A DNA stretch of 64,000 bases, taken from assembly GCF_001194135.2 (NCBI RefSeq), contig NC_069005.1, positions 33,001,772-33,065,771 of the forward strand, in the 5' to 3' direction. Below, in pieces: positions 53,020 to 64,000 of the stretch (within the stretch, counting starts at the first letter, position 1; each line of letters starts with the position of its first letter). Source of the DNA: Octopus bimaculoides (taxonomy: Eukaryota). The position numbers and the translations under genes are program-made. The notes beneath the pieces are model-generated. The model was not told the origin of the DNA. It saw nothing but the letters and a program-made list of their open reading frames with translations, and ran no database searches.

Positions 53020-53218
53020 AAGGCCTGAAATTTTGGGGGAGGGGGCCAGTCGATCAGATCGAACCCAGTATGCAACTGGTACTTAATTTATTGAACCCAC
53101 CGAAAGGATGAAAGGCAAAGTTGACCTCAGCAGAATTTGAACTCGGAAGGTAAAGACAGATGAAATACCACTGTGCATTTCACCTGGCGTGCTAACGTTT
53201 CTGCTAGTTCGCTGCCTT
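53020..53218 (-). mobile_element. S1 SINE copy, inverted relative to 52338-52778
   Basis: ggcctgaaattttgggggagggggccagtcgatc...gctaacgtttctgctagttcgctgcctt. Confidence 0.85.
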
Positions 53219-55206
53219 GGCAAATATATATATATTCCTGCAATAAGATATTTGGAACATGTTTCGTACATAACATTATGAGCAAGGTTTTTAATTTAAA
53301 TAGAAAACACTTTAAGGCAAGCAGTTTTATATGAAAGAATTAGAAACCATCTCAAGTGGGTTTGGTGTGAAAAGAATCAAGTGTTTTGTTGGAATCAGAT
53401 AAACATTTTGGGATAGAAGTGAGGAAAAAAGACAGTTGGTGTCGGAAACTGAGGAGGATAGTAACAATGTTTGTCTTGTGCATCGTGTGTTAATTTACTC
53501 ATCTGTATGATCTAGATTAGAGAAGTGCATTGCTTCGCAGTTTCTTAAAAGACATCAAACACGGCTGCATCTAACACGTTCTATTTATGCTGGACAATGA
53601 TTCGGAAACAGAGGATTGATGTAAATATGTTAAGAGTGTCACATGACCAGACATCTGTGAGATGATGTTAAAATACTCAAGACCTGATGTCTAATCTTGA
53701 ATGTCTTGTCTTTGGAGTTTTATTCATTTATTTGTCTTTGTTCTGAAATCAAAACTGTGATTTCTCTCCAAATAGTAAATAAGTTCTATTTTGGATCTAG
53801 GATATTGATTTTATCCCACTAACCTAGCTCAGTGATGTTAGCTGAGTTTTTATTATGGATGGACAGAAGGATGCATGGAAGGGCTGACTCTTCCATTTTC
53901 AAATATTACAGGAAATTGTTTTCACATATAACATATTCTGCGTTTACTAATCTTAACTAAAATAATCACAGAAATATATATTATTTTTATTTCTTTCCAT
54001 AGTGTATTTTATTTATTGCCTTCATGTGTCACAGACATGGCTGTGTGGTTAAGAGTATTGTGTTACAACTAAATGGCTCTGGGTTTGATCCCACGAATAC
54101 AGTTGTTTGGGTGTTGACCAATGTCTTGCGAATGACATTTGGTGAATGATGATAATACATATGTATATATACATATATAGTTATGTGGAGAATGGAGAAA
54201 CAAACATTCTCCACATAACTATAATTATAAACTGCGGTTTAAACAATAAATTACCTGCCTCTGGATACCTTCTAACGAAGACGGGACCCACACAAGTAAT
54301 TTCCAGGAGTGCCTCCGGATTTAAATATCCCCTGGTTGCTTGGATACTTCAGACTACCCCTGAAATATTGGAGCAATCCTATCATTTACCTATATACATA
54401 TATATATACATACATACATGCATGTGTGTGTGCATGAGTGTACGTGTGTGTGTGTGTGTGTATCAAGTAATCATATGATTGACCACATTCTCAGATGCTG
54501 TTATACATTACTAGAAATGGTGTAGTCATTTCTATTGTCAACCTATCACCAGTTGCTGGCTTTACCCCTTTAAAAGCTTGTGAAATAAGAGATGTTTAAC
54601 TTGAAAAGCAGGTCGGGGTTTGCAACAGAAGGGCTTCTAAATGGAGGCCCTAAGATGCCTTTAACCTCGATAACTTACTTATCTAACTTATGCTAGCATA
54701 GAAAATGAGTGTAAAGTGAAGCGAATGAAAGGTAACTTGGTTTAAACACTACAAATGGTCCTTGTACTATTATATCCCTAAACATCATAGAAAACTGCAG
54801 AAATTTTAATAACTATTCTAGTGTCTTTGATACAGACCGATTTACTATGTTCTTCATCAAAGGATTGTGTCTCTTTGATGTGGTTCCTTGAAACTCATGA
54901 TTTCGATAGAGAGGAATTAGATCATGTATACCTTTTTAAACTTCTTAGGAAGATAAAGAACTCTAAGGAAACAGCCATGTTACGGTGAAGAACCCTCAGA
55001 TTATCTTGACAGTCGGCTTTTTTGAAGGTTCCTCCTTCTCTGTGTGTGTGTGAGTGTAATCATTGTATATATATATATATATATATATACACAATATGTA
55101 GATAACTGAAATTTAAAATGTATTTGGGAGATTATGATTCTATCTATCTATCTACACACTCACACACACACACATGTATATAAATACATACATGATTTCA
55201 TATTTG

Positions 55207-55714
55207 TAGGCGTGGCAGTGTGGTAAGAAACTTGCTTCTCAACCACATGGTTCCGGGTTCAGTTCCACTGTGTGTCCCCTTACGCAAGAGTCTTCTACTA
55301 TAGCCTCGGGCCGAACAAAGCCTTGTGAGTGGATTTGGTAGACGGAAACTGAAAGAAACCCGTCCTATATATATATATTGATAGAAATGGCAACACAACA
55401 AAAGAATGAAAGAGACCTCGATATTATGAGGAATTTATATATATATGACGTTACTTCAGTCAAGACGGCCTTTCCTTCGAGCCGGTAAGGCCTACTACCT
55501 GTTGGTCACTCTCACTCACTGATTGTTTTCGTTACGGAATTCTAGTATTTATAATTGTGCAGACTAGCTAGGAAAATGGATATACCGTTCTAACAATGGT
55601 TAAATTAATGTAGGTCATTCATTATCTATTTCAACTTTTCGTGGTATAGAAAAGGTTAAGAATCAATTTCCAGATTCGGTTTCGAATCTCGAGCAGGCAG
55701 AGCCAAATGAGGTC

Positions 55715-55770
<56 letters not shown>

Positions 55771-56020
55771 GTGTGTGTGTATATACATATATATATAATG
55801 TGCGCGTATCTGTTTGTCCCCCGCCCCACCATCGCTTGACAACCGATGCTGGTGTGTTTATGTCCCCGTAAGTTAGCGGTTCGGCATAAAACACCGATAG
55901 AATAAGTACTAGGCCTACAAAGAATAAGTCCCGGTGTCGATTTCTTCGATTAAACCGCTTTAAGGCGGTGCTCCAGCATGGCCGCAGTGAAATGATTGAA
56001 ACCAGTAAAAGAGTAAAAGA
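55207..56020 (+). mobile_element. tRNA/CORE-type SINE family S2: head (55207-55375) plus tail type 1 (55800-56020), split by an internal insertion
   Basis: Head: ggcgtggcagtgtggtaagaa...ggttccgggttcagttccact...tcttctactatagcctcgggccg. Tail: ttgtcccccg...ggtgctccagcatggccgcagtgaaatgattgaaaccagtaaaagagtaaaaga. Confidence 0.8.
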
Positions 56021-56586
56021 CTATATATACACCTACACGCAAATGTACACTTTACATGCATGCATACAATAAGTGTAGTATATATATATATATATAGGAC
56101 ACGGAAATATTTACTCCGTATTTTGTGTATGTGACGAGTGTGAATGAGCATCAAGTGTATAGCATGTGTGTATGCGAGAAGGATTCTATTTATATCCCAT
56201 GTATATACACCATCTGAACAGCAGTATGGAATTACTTATTAAAGGCGATGATGTTAGCAGGCAATATAGCATTATTTCCTCTTGATAATGTATTTGCCCT
56301 GATTTCGACATTTACCATCTCTGACCGCCAAAATTTCTACCCCGCCTACACAACTGCTTCTGTTTTTCCCTCTTCATTTCGACGCCTGCAAACAACAACA
56401 AAGATAATTACATCACGAACATCAACAACAACAACAATAATATAATAAACTGGACTAACAAACAACATCAGCAGTAATATGAATTAATAGGGGAAGTCTC
56501 TTTACTGTCATTTAAACGGCTAGAAATAGCAGCCTAATCGTAACATTTCCCCCCAGGGATTCGTGTAAAGAACTCTGAAATTCTGA

Positions 56587-56727
56587 AGGCATGGCTCTAT
56601 GGTTAAGAAGTTCGCTTCGCAACCATGTGGTTCCGGGTTCACTCCCACTACGCGGCACTTAGGACAAGCGTTTTCTACTATATTCCCGGTCTGATCAATG
56701 CCTTGTGAGTGGATTTAGTGGACGGAA
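56587..56727 (+). mobile_element. S2 SINE head
   Basis: ggcatggctctatggttaagaagttcgc...ggttccgggttcactcccact...gccttgtgagtggatttagtggacggaa. Confidence 0.75.
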
Positions 56728-57075
56728 TAAATTCTCTGTCCATAAGAAATTTGGTTTATTTTATTGTCTAATTAAAATTAGCGGTTTAATAAGTGAAGTG
56801 GGTGTTGTCCGTAAAATAGAAGGACTTCGCTGACCCTGTATTATTTCAAAAGGATCCATTGGATAATATAATTCAACATACGTTGTCTGATTAATAGATG
56901 GTCATGGTTGGAATGCACTTGTCTTAGGTCTACTCGATCGAGACTGACCTGGGGCTATAAACAATAGCAGCACTAATATAAATCGTGAAATTCACTCCAC
57001 TTAACTCTATATAAGGGTGTATATGATAGCGGCGGAGGTAAAGAATACGTACACCACTCGTTTTCGGCGTAACAA

Positions 57076-57109
57076 AACCCTAACCTTAGCCCTAAACCCT
57101 AACCCTAAA
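57076..57109. repeat. Short degenerate (CCCTAA)n telomere-like tract
   Basis: aaccctaaccttagccctaaaccctaaccctaaa. Confidence 0.75.
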
Positions 57110-57970
57110 CACCTGGTGTATTTATTCTGTATTTTTGCATATGATAGTGTCTGTGTGTGTGTGTGTTTATGTGTCTGTGTGTGTGTGCATGTATGCTGTT
57201 GTAGTTCCAGATGAGCTTGTGTCAAAGGAGTTCCAATCGTGCCCATCCAGCGCAACGCTGTCCAATGCTGGTGGCCTGGCCTGATCTGGATTTAACGCGT
57301 TTATATCTTAATCCTCCTATTTTAACACTCGTTGACAATGTGATCTTCCTTTTTTTCTTTTTAAAGACAGTAGGTGTGATTTGTGAGAGACTTGACTACT
57401 ATTTTTAACAAATCGAGCGACATTATAGACAGGCTTCTTGTGCTGTTTTGTTTTTTAACACTTCGGTTTAACCTCGTAACCATAAATAAACGTCGCATGA
57501 CCCTTAAAGAAAAATTCCACCATAACCTTTTATGCCTTGTTGATAGTTAAGTGATAAATTTGGTGCTTAAACAGCAGAAATAGCTGGGTGAGTGAAAGTT
57601 AAATGACAGACCACGCCAATACACACACACACTATCTCTCTCTCTCTCTCTCTCTCTCTCTTCCTTACTTTTAGACGAAGTGCAAATGCCATTAAAGTCA
57701 GATTGTTTTGTTTTGTTTTTTTCTTTCTTGCGGTAAATGCACTTACTGACCTCTTTTGCAAACTTTTCTATGTTGAATAAACTGTTTCTGAGAAAAATAA
57801 AACAACTGCAATGGATTTGAAGTCACAACGTAGTAATGATCTGTTTGGTCCAATACCTTATCCACCTGATCAACTGACTTTCGTTAATAAAAAAGTGTAA
57901 CAGGTGTAACAAAACAAAAATGTGTAGTGAACAAATCTGAAAACCAAAATTTGCACAAACGAACCAACAT

Positions 57971-58275
57971 GGGGAGGAGGACTTTCGGAAAATTCATACG
58001 ATCCGATTTCTTTTCCTCATATCTTTTAATGAAATTTTATATAAAATACCATTCAAAACGATATAGATTACGATTATAAAGAAACTTGTAGGAAAAATAT
58101 TTTCCGAAGGGGTGGGGGGAGAAGGTTTTTGGAAAATGCACACGATCCATTTTTTCCCTCATAACTTTCAGGAAAATGAGTATCTTTTAATGAAAGTTTA
58201 TACAAATACTTTTCAAACGGCATAGATTACAATTATAAAGAAATTTGTGGGGAGAGGAATTTCGGAAAAACGGAT
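57971..58275. repeat. Diverged tandem repeat, ~133-144 bp unit, slightly over 2 copies
   Basis: ggaaaa anchors at 57987, 58131 and 58264. Shared acgatcc, tcttttaatgaaa and atagattac.attataaagaaa blocks. Confidence 0.7.
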
Positions 58276-59494
58276 TTTCGGATTAAGAAGATCATATAAG
58301 TTGGAATATTTCCGTTTTGATGGGGTTTTTCCAATTGTTTTTTCACCACAGCCTTCGAAATGATGTGGAGCATCTTTTATGAAAAACAAAGTTTGGAAAT
58401 TTATGATTCTTTTTACTCCCCACCCCCTTAATGATGATACCAATAGACCCACCTATGTATGTATGTATGTATGTAAATAACAACAGATAAATAATACGTC
58501 AATTCACTACAGCTGTTTCCATGTGTGTATGTATGTATGTGTGTGTGTGTGTGTGCATGTATGTGTGTATGTATGCATGATTGTGTGTGCGTGTGCGTGT
58601 GTGTGTATGCATGCATGTATGTGTGCCTTTGTCTTGACATCATGTGATGATTGTAAGTGAGCACCACCATCAATACAAGCGAAATTCTTCATTTCCAGTC
58701 CTCCATGAGGAAACGCGTCTGGCCATGGAGAAATATCACCTTGCTTGGAAACATGAAGAGCATCTGGTCTATAGACAAAAAATTCTACAGCAACGAGAGT
58801 TATATATGACCCATGCGGTGACCTGGTATGGCCAAGTTCAGTGACTGAAACGAAAACAAAAACAAAAAAATAAAAAGATACATAAATACCAGCAAAATAA
58901 TGCAGACATACATATACTGACATACCAGTCCATACAGTACACACACACACACACCTGTGCCTATAGACACATATGTATAGATAAATAGGGGGAAAATGGT
59001 CTGTTTGTAGGTAGGGAGGCGAGTTAAAGCTTCCCCATTTAGGCCTGCTTTGTTAGAGATTTCAACCTTTCTTTTATATGGTTTTTATTTATTTTGAAAT
59101 TCCATTACTTGTGTGTGGAAGGGGGGGTGAGATAGATTGGTATGAAGGCGGGGTGGGGTGGGGTTATTATTATACACTCTCTCCTCCTTCTTTGCTTTGT
59201 ATAAATACTTTTTTATTTTCTGTTTTATATCCATCACCAACACCCGTTGTTGTCATCATCATCATCATTTTCACATCACTTTACAACATGACCCTGAGTC
59301 AAAAGACCCAAAAAATTTGCCCCAACTTCACCACCACAGTTGCTGCTACTACCCCCCCCTCTCTTACATCCAACATTTCTAAAACTACCACCCCAGTAGA
59401 ATATTTTTGGTGAGAGCAGTAGCAAGACTAATAGGAATCAATACACACAGAAATACAGGGAAAGTATGAGTGTGTGTGTCTATAAGTAAAGTGA

Positions 59495-59565
<71 letters not shown>

Positions 59566-59659
59566 TTAAATTTGTTGGAGTTTGTATATTAATGCATATC
59601 TGGTGTTTGAGCAAATAAATGCTTAAGCATGTGTATTGTCTTGTCTTGGCTGTTCTTGC

Positions 59660-60080
59660 TACAAATGGACTTATAGTGGCACTGTTGCAACATATCGAGT
59701 GACACTTTTCTCCATCTGTTACAACTGTGTGCCAAAATTCAAGTCTCCGCTTACTATTAAACTGTGCGTTCCTTGTTGTCTGACCATTTTTTTCTCTGTC
59801 CAATTCTCCTGTTACAATTCCTTGAGGAATGGTCTTTGCAAGGTTTTCCCTGTTTGAGATCTTCATGAAACCTTGTGTGATACTGAATGGTTTCAAGAAC
59901 CCAGTCATTCACGATGAGGTCCAAGTAAGAAATACCTGAAATTTTATTACAGTAGCACCAGATTTCCAATTTCTGCATCTCCTTCTGAAAATAGAAAATT
60001 CCACCACAAAGGAATCTGATTTTGTTGTTTATAGTGATGTTTTTATCTCTCCATATTGCTTTGAATTTAGTGTAGTCTGT
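59660..60080 (-). mobile_element. RTE-clade LINE 3' fragment (frameshifted)
   Basis: KAIWRDKNITINNKIR, LEIWCYCNKISGISYLDLIVND, HEDL and LAKTIPQGIVTG match the RTE ORF C-terminus (IWRDKNIS...EMRCYRKILGISY...LAKTILQG). Confidence 0.8.
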
Positions 60081-61619
60081 GTGGAGCCTGTCAAGGATTT
60101 CAGGCCTTGACCCTTTCATCACCATTTTTCATCATCGTCATCACCGTTTAACATCCAGTTTCCATGCTAACAAAACTTGGATGATTCAACAAGAGCCAAT
60201 GAGCCAGAAGACTGTGCAAAGCTCCAAGGTCTGCTTTGGCACAGTTTCTACAGTTGGATGCCCTTCCTAATGCTAACCACTTTACACTGTATACTGTGTG
60301 CTTTTCACATGGCTTCAGCACTAGTGAGGTCACCAAGTAACTTGCAAGATAACACATTAATAATTGTCCCCAGCTATTTGAACTGCTGCACTGTCATTAC
60401 TTCCTGTCACTGAACAATATCTGATGAGATGACCCCATTGGTATCTGACTAGAGTTCTTTTTTTTTTTTTGTCAGCACTGATTTCCATTCCATAATTGGT
60501 GGAAACCCTATGTTGATGATGATCACACACACACACACACACGCACATGAATGTAAGATCCAGGGATCGAGTTGTAGGAAGAAAGTTAGCTTCAAGCAAT
60601 CCGTAGTAAACATAAAATAAAACAACTTTCAGAAACAATAATGGTTTATTGAGAAGAAAGGCTGTGGAGATTTTCATATTGAAGTATGAGAAACTGAAAA
60701 AAGATATATATATTTATGTACCTAGAGAGAGAGAGAGAGAGAGAGAGATTCATTAAATCCACATAACAGTTCCACGGTACAATGTCCATGATCAAGTTAG
60801 TTTACTTTCACATGGCTCTAGGGAGAAGTGTTCCTTGAGTTGAGACCAATTGTATTTTTAGCTATATTTTGGAAGAAGACGAGATGGTGGTGGTGGTGGT
60901 GGTGGTTAAAAAAACCCATTTCAAGTAGCCATGTACAGCTCAAACGTTTAGTGTGACGTCATCCTGCCTCGACTTTCAACTGAGGATGTTTTGCTACAGC
61001 TGGATTTCTCCGAGTATAAACGACACATATGTATATTGTGTATGGTGTCTGCATAGAGGAGTGTTCTGTTCTTGGTGAACTTACATCCTTTTTAACACAA
61101 CATGAATTTCCTGTATTGCAGTCAAGACTGCTTGATGGACAAAATGTATCCGGTTAGTTGCTGCTATTTTTAATACTGATATGGTAAGGGTCTGACACAT
61201 GTAATAATTATTAGCTCCATCAATTAGAATTATCTAAACAAATATTTGACAAAAACTCCAACCACGACTGTTTAAAACAACAACCAAGGGAGATAACTAT
61301 AATGAAAGCAGGTGATTGAAATTCTTTTAGAAATATAGAAATACAAACTGGAGTGGGTCTTGTCTTTAAAGTCAACTGGTAAATGTAATGATTTTGGCTT
61401 ATTCTATTCAACTGGCATGCCGGCATGGAAAGCGGACGTTAAACGACAATGTTTATGATGATGATTATTAAAAAATTTTTCATCTTTTCTCTTTCACTTG
61501 TTTCAGTCATTAGACTGTGGCCATGCTGGTGCACTGCTTTGAATTTTTAGTCAAATGAATTGACCCCAGCTCTTATTTTTGTACAAATAAAATTCTTAGA
61601 ATATTTTGTGCATTGTAGA

Positions 61620-61701
61620 AGTATAAGCATTTATTGCACATAAATTTTGACAAAATCTTATATGGACCAAGGGTCACATGGGCCCCGGTTGAGAATCACT
61701 G
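61620..61701 (-). mobile_element. One-ended hAT MITE fragment; related fragment at ~5164-5300 (+)
   Basis: Reverse complement is cagtgattctcaaccggggcccatgtgacccttggtccatataagatt. 5170-5215 reads ctcaatcagcacccatgtgacccctggtggtctccatataagatt. Confidence 0.6.
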
Positions 61702-62395
61702 ATTTAAACTATTCATTTATGTAGAAGGAAGACTATGATCTTATCATTCCAATTTCAGTCCTGTCACGGTCATTGGGAACAAGTGGATAGAGATTCTACA
61801 ACCATTCCAAAAAATTGCTGTTGGTTTTAATAACTCATTCCTTTGGAATTCCTCATCACTATAGCCAATAATTTGTGTGAATAGAAATTTCAGGAAAGAA
61901 TCATTAGTTCTTTTCAGCAATTTATTCAGTGAATAAATAAATATATAAACAAACAAACAAACAAATTATCAGTGCTATCAAATAATTAATTTAAAATGGC
62001 TTCCTTGAAACACCATGTCAATTACTCTAATGAAGTATTGTCCTAACATCCTTTGGAATAACCTTGATCAACCGACATTAGCTAAAATCTTTCTGTCATT
62101 AGTTGCTTGTTTGGGGAAGGAAGAACTATGGTCACAATTTCTAGGACATAACTATTATTTGCTAATGTTTAAGTTGAAAGAGAATCTGATAAGCAGTTGA
62201 AGAATTGGTCGTTTGTGTCTGGCATTGCTGCTGCTGCTCTTTGGTCATAATTAAGCCACTTAGTCTCTCAACAGTCCAATCCAGAAGAATGTGATCAATT
62301 CATTTTGTTGCAATGTGGAATTCAACTCAAATAGCTTTGAATGTAGGAGTATCTTTGTCAGGAGGAAATAAGTTTCAATTCCTTTTACCATTTTA

Positions 62396-62724
62396 TGCAC
62401 AAGTGTCGCTGAGTGGTTAAGAAGTTGGCTTTCCAATCATGTGATCTCAGGTTCAGTTGCATTGCATAGCAGTGGGACAACACCTTGGGCAAGTGTCTTC
62501 TACTATAGCTCCAGGCCAACCAAAGCCAAGCCTTTTGAGTGTATTTGGTAGATGTGTGTGTGTGTTTATGTGTACCCTTGTGAAAAAACAATCTGTTATT
62601 GTGGAAATATTATCTTTCTTGGAAACAGATGACTGTTGTCAACAGGGAGGGCATACAGTTATCTACCCCAACAAATTTCGTCTGACCCATGTAAACATGG
62701 GAAAGTGGACATTAAATGATGATT
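62396..62724 (+). mobile_element. S2 SINE head plus tail type 2
   Basis: gctgagtggttaagaagttggc...caccttgggcaagtgtcttctactatagc, then (GT)n, then cttggaaacag...gtctgacccatgtaaacatgggaaagtggacattaaatgatgat. Confidence 0.8.
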
Positions 62725-64000
62725 ACTGAATTCAATATAGTACGCAATCTCCCAAGATATATTCTGACTCACGGATCATTCTGGTTTGAAAAGGGCGCGA
62801 TGACATGCACGGGTGCCGAGAATAGATTGATCTGATTACCTAAAATTACAAGAACCCCCCCCCCCTTCAATTTGTAAAGGTTCCAAACATTTTATTATTT
62901 AATTTTCAGAAAAGTACTTGTAATTTTTGCAGAAGGCGTTAAAATCTACATCTGTGTAGAAAATGTAAATGAAATCGGAAGAGATAGTTCAAACCGGAAA
63001 ATTTACGATTCATTGAGAAGATACAATCTTGTTTGGGTCGATTGTACATAAAAGCTTCTTCAAGTAGTATTTCTCTGAAATAATATTGAAAACGTCACCA
63101 TGTATTTGATTCAGTACATATAATTCGCTGGTGCAATGGACATGTATCTTTGAATGGGTTTAAAATGTAAGAGCCACATACTGGAGATTTGACGAAAACC
63201 ATCTCAACCACTGTCAATTTCAAGCGAGTTTTTTAACCTTTTTCTCTGCTGTGGAGAGCTACACAACGGGGCAACTAACACTGGAGTTGTCTCCCCTGAT
63301 TCCATGTTCTTGTCGGCGCAATTGGTTAGAAATATTGTATCATGGAAACTGGTTTCTTTAGGTTGCAAGTATAACTTTCAAATCCTTCCTTGCCCTTGAG
63401 AAAGCAATGAGGAATCTATTCCGTGTTATTTCCTCGTGAAACTCGCAATTCTACGCCCACATCTAGGACAGTGCTATTACTATACATACAAATATCTTCG
63501 ACCTCCTAAAAATTTCGAACTTTGTACATCTAATATAGCAAAGAAAAAGCAAACTGCATCGAGAGAAAGTGAAAAGGCACCAATTGTCATCGTATGCGTA
63601 CATACTTATGTGCAGTATGTATAACTACATATGTGTGTTGTGTAGGAAAGTTGATTTCGTATTTTTCCCCTTTTAAAATACAAAATTTTAAAAGTAAAAT
63701 AAAATCAGCTGCATTTTTATGGTCACTACCTTTAATATCGATTGTTGATGATTAACGGCAGTAATTGAACTGCTTGATTTCATTCTGCGTCCACCATATT
63801 ATACGTACAAAATTCGAAAGATCGCCAAAATTTCAGTTCACTGATTTTGATGAACCTCTTGCCCACAAACGTGCTGTTTCACCACTCAAACTAAGATGGT
63901 TGATCTAGTTTCTACGTTCATTTCGACTCTTCTGACTTGCCTCTTCTCATCAACTACATTGTGTCCACTCTTCCAGGCCTTGCACTAATCACTTCATCCA

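Noticed and set aside
55207-55270. tRNA genes suggested by A/B boxes here and in other SINE heads
   Set aside because: No complete cloverleaf, and each continues into a SINE body.
60421-60450. Hammerhead ribozyme core (CTGATGA), also at 44216-44225
   Set aside because: No correctly placed GAAA, stem III or cleavage triplet.
60954-60961. Full CRE palindrome TGACGTCA
   Set aside because: A single 8-mer without a supporting motif cluster; within chance expectation.
63430-63520. Helitron helicase LYVALSR-like string on the minus strand
   Set aside because: Requires several frameshifts, and the upstream TINKxQGQ motif is absent.
247-63624. The remaining short ORFs of the six-frame track
   Set aside because: Mostly translations of microsatellites (YIYI, HTHT, CVCV, poly-L/I) or repeats. 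Only the MED13 exons and TE fragments show homology.

Overview
Eukaryotic, AT-rich, microsatellite-dense genomic DNA. The SINE families look like those of Octopus (coleoid cephalopod; recognised from memory of the repeats, not from a search). The only host coding sequence I can support is the 5' end of MED13 (Mediator kinase-module subunit 13) on the minus strand: coding exon 1 at 40465-40533 (MSHPSPAGNGCSLEDCYTNLFAL), a ~19.9 kb phase-0 intron, and exon 2 at 20327-20576 (TDLCGIKWRK...ELWIFWYGDKP...). I found no exon 3 in the remaining 20.3 kb. The rest is intronic/intergenic: tRNA-derived SINEs, decayed LINE fragments (CR1/L2-like, RTE, Hero-like), small DNA-transposon derivatives, micro- and minisatellites, and three N gaps. 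CpG content is patchy: depleted over most of the MED13 body, retained around the 5' end (~36-49 kb) and again at 1-3.7 kb. There are no tRNA, rRNA or CRISPR loci, and nearly all of the ORF track is spurious. I found no clear new biological system. The best leads are regulatory hypotheses: a two-codon uORF abutting the MED13 AUG, a CpG-retaining 105-nt candidate poison exon, a divergent promoter region, a promoter-like island deep in intron 2, a perfect 30-bp hairpin, and microsatellite-targeted, modular SINEs.
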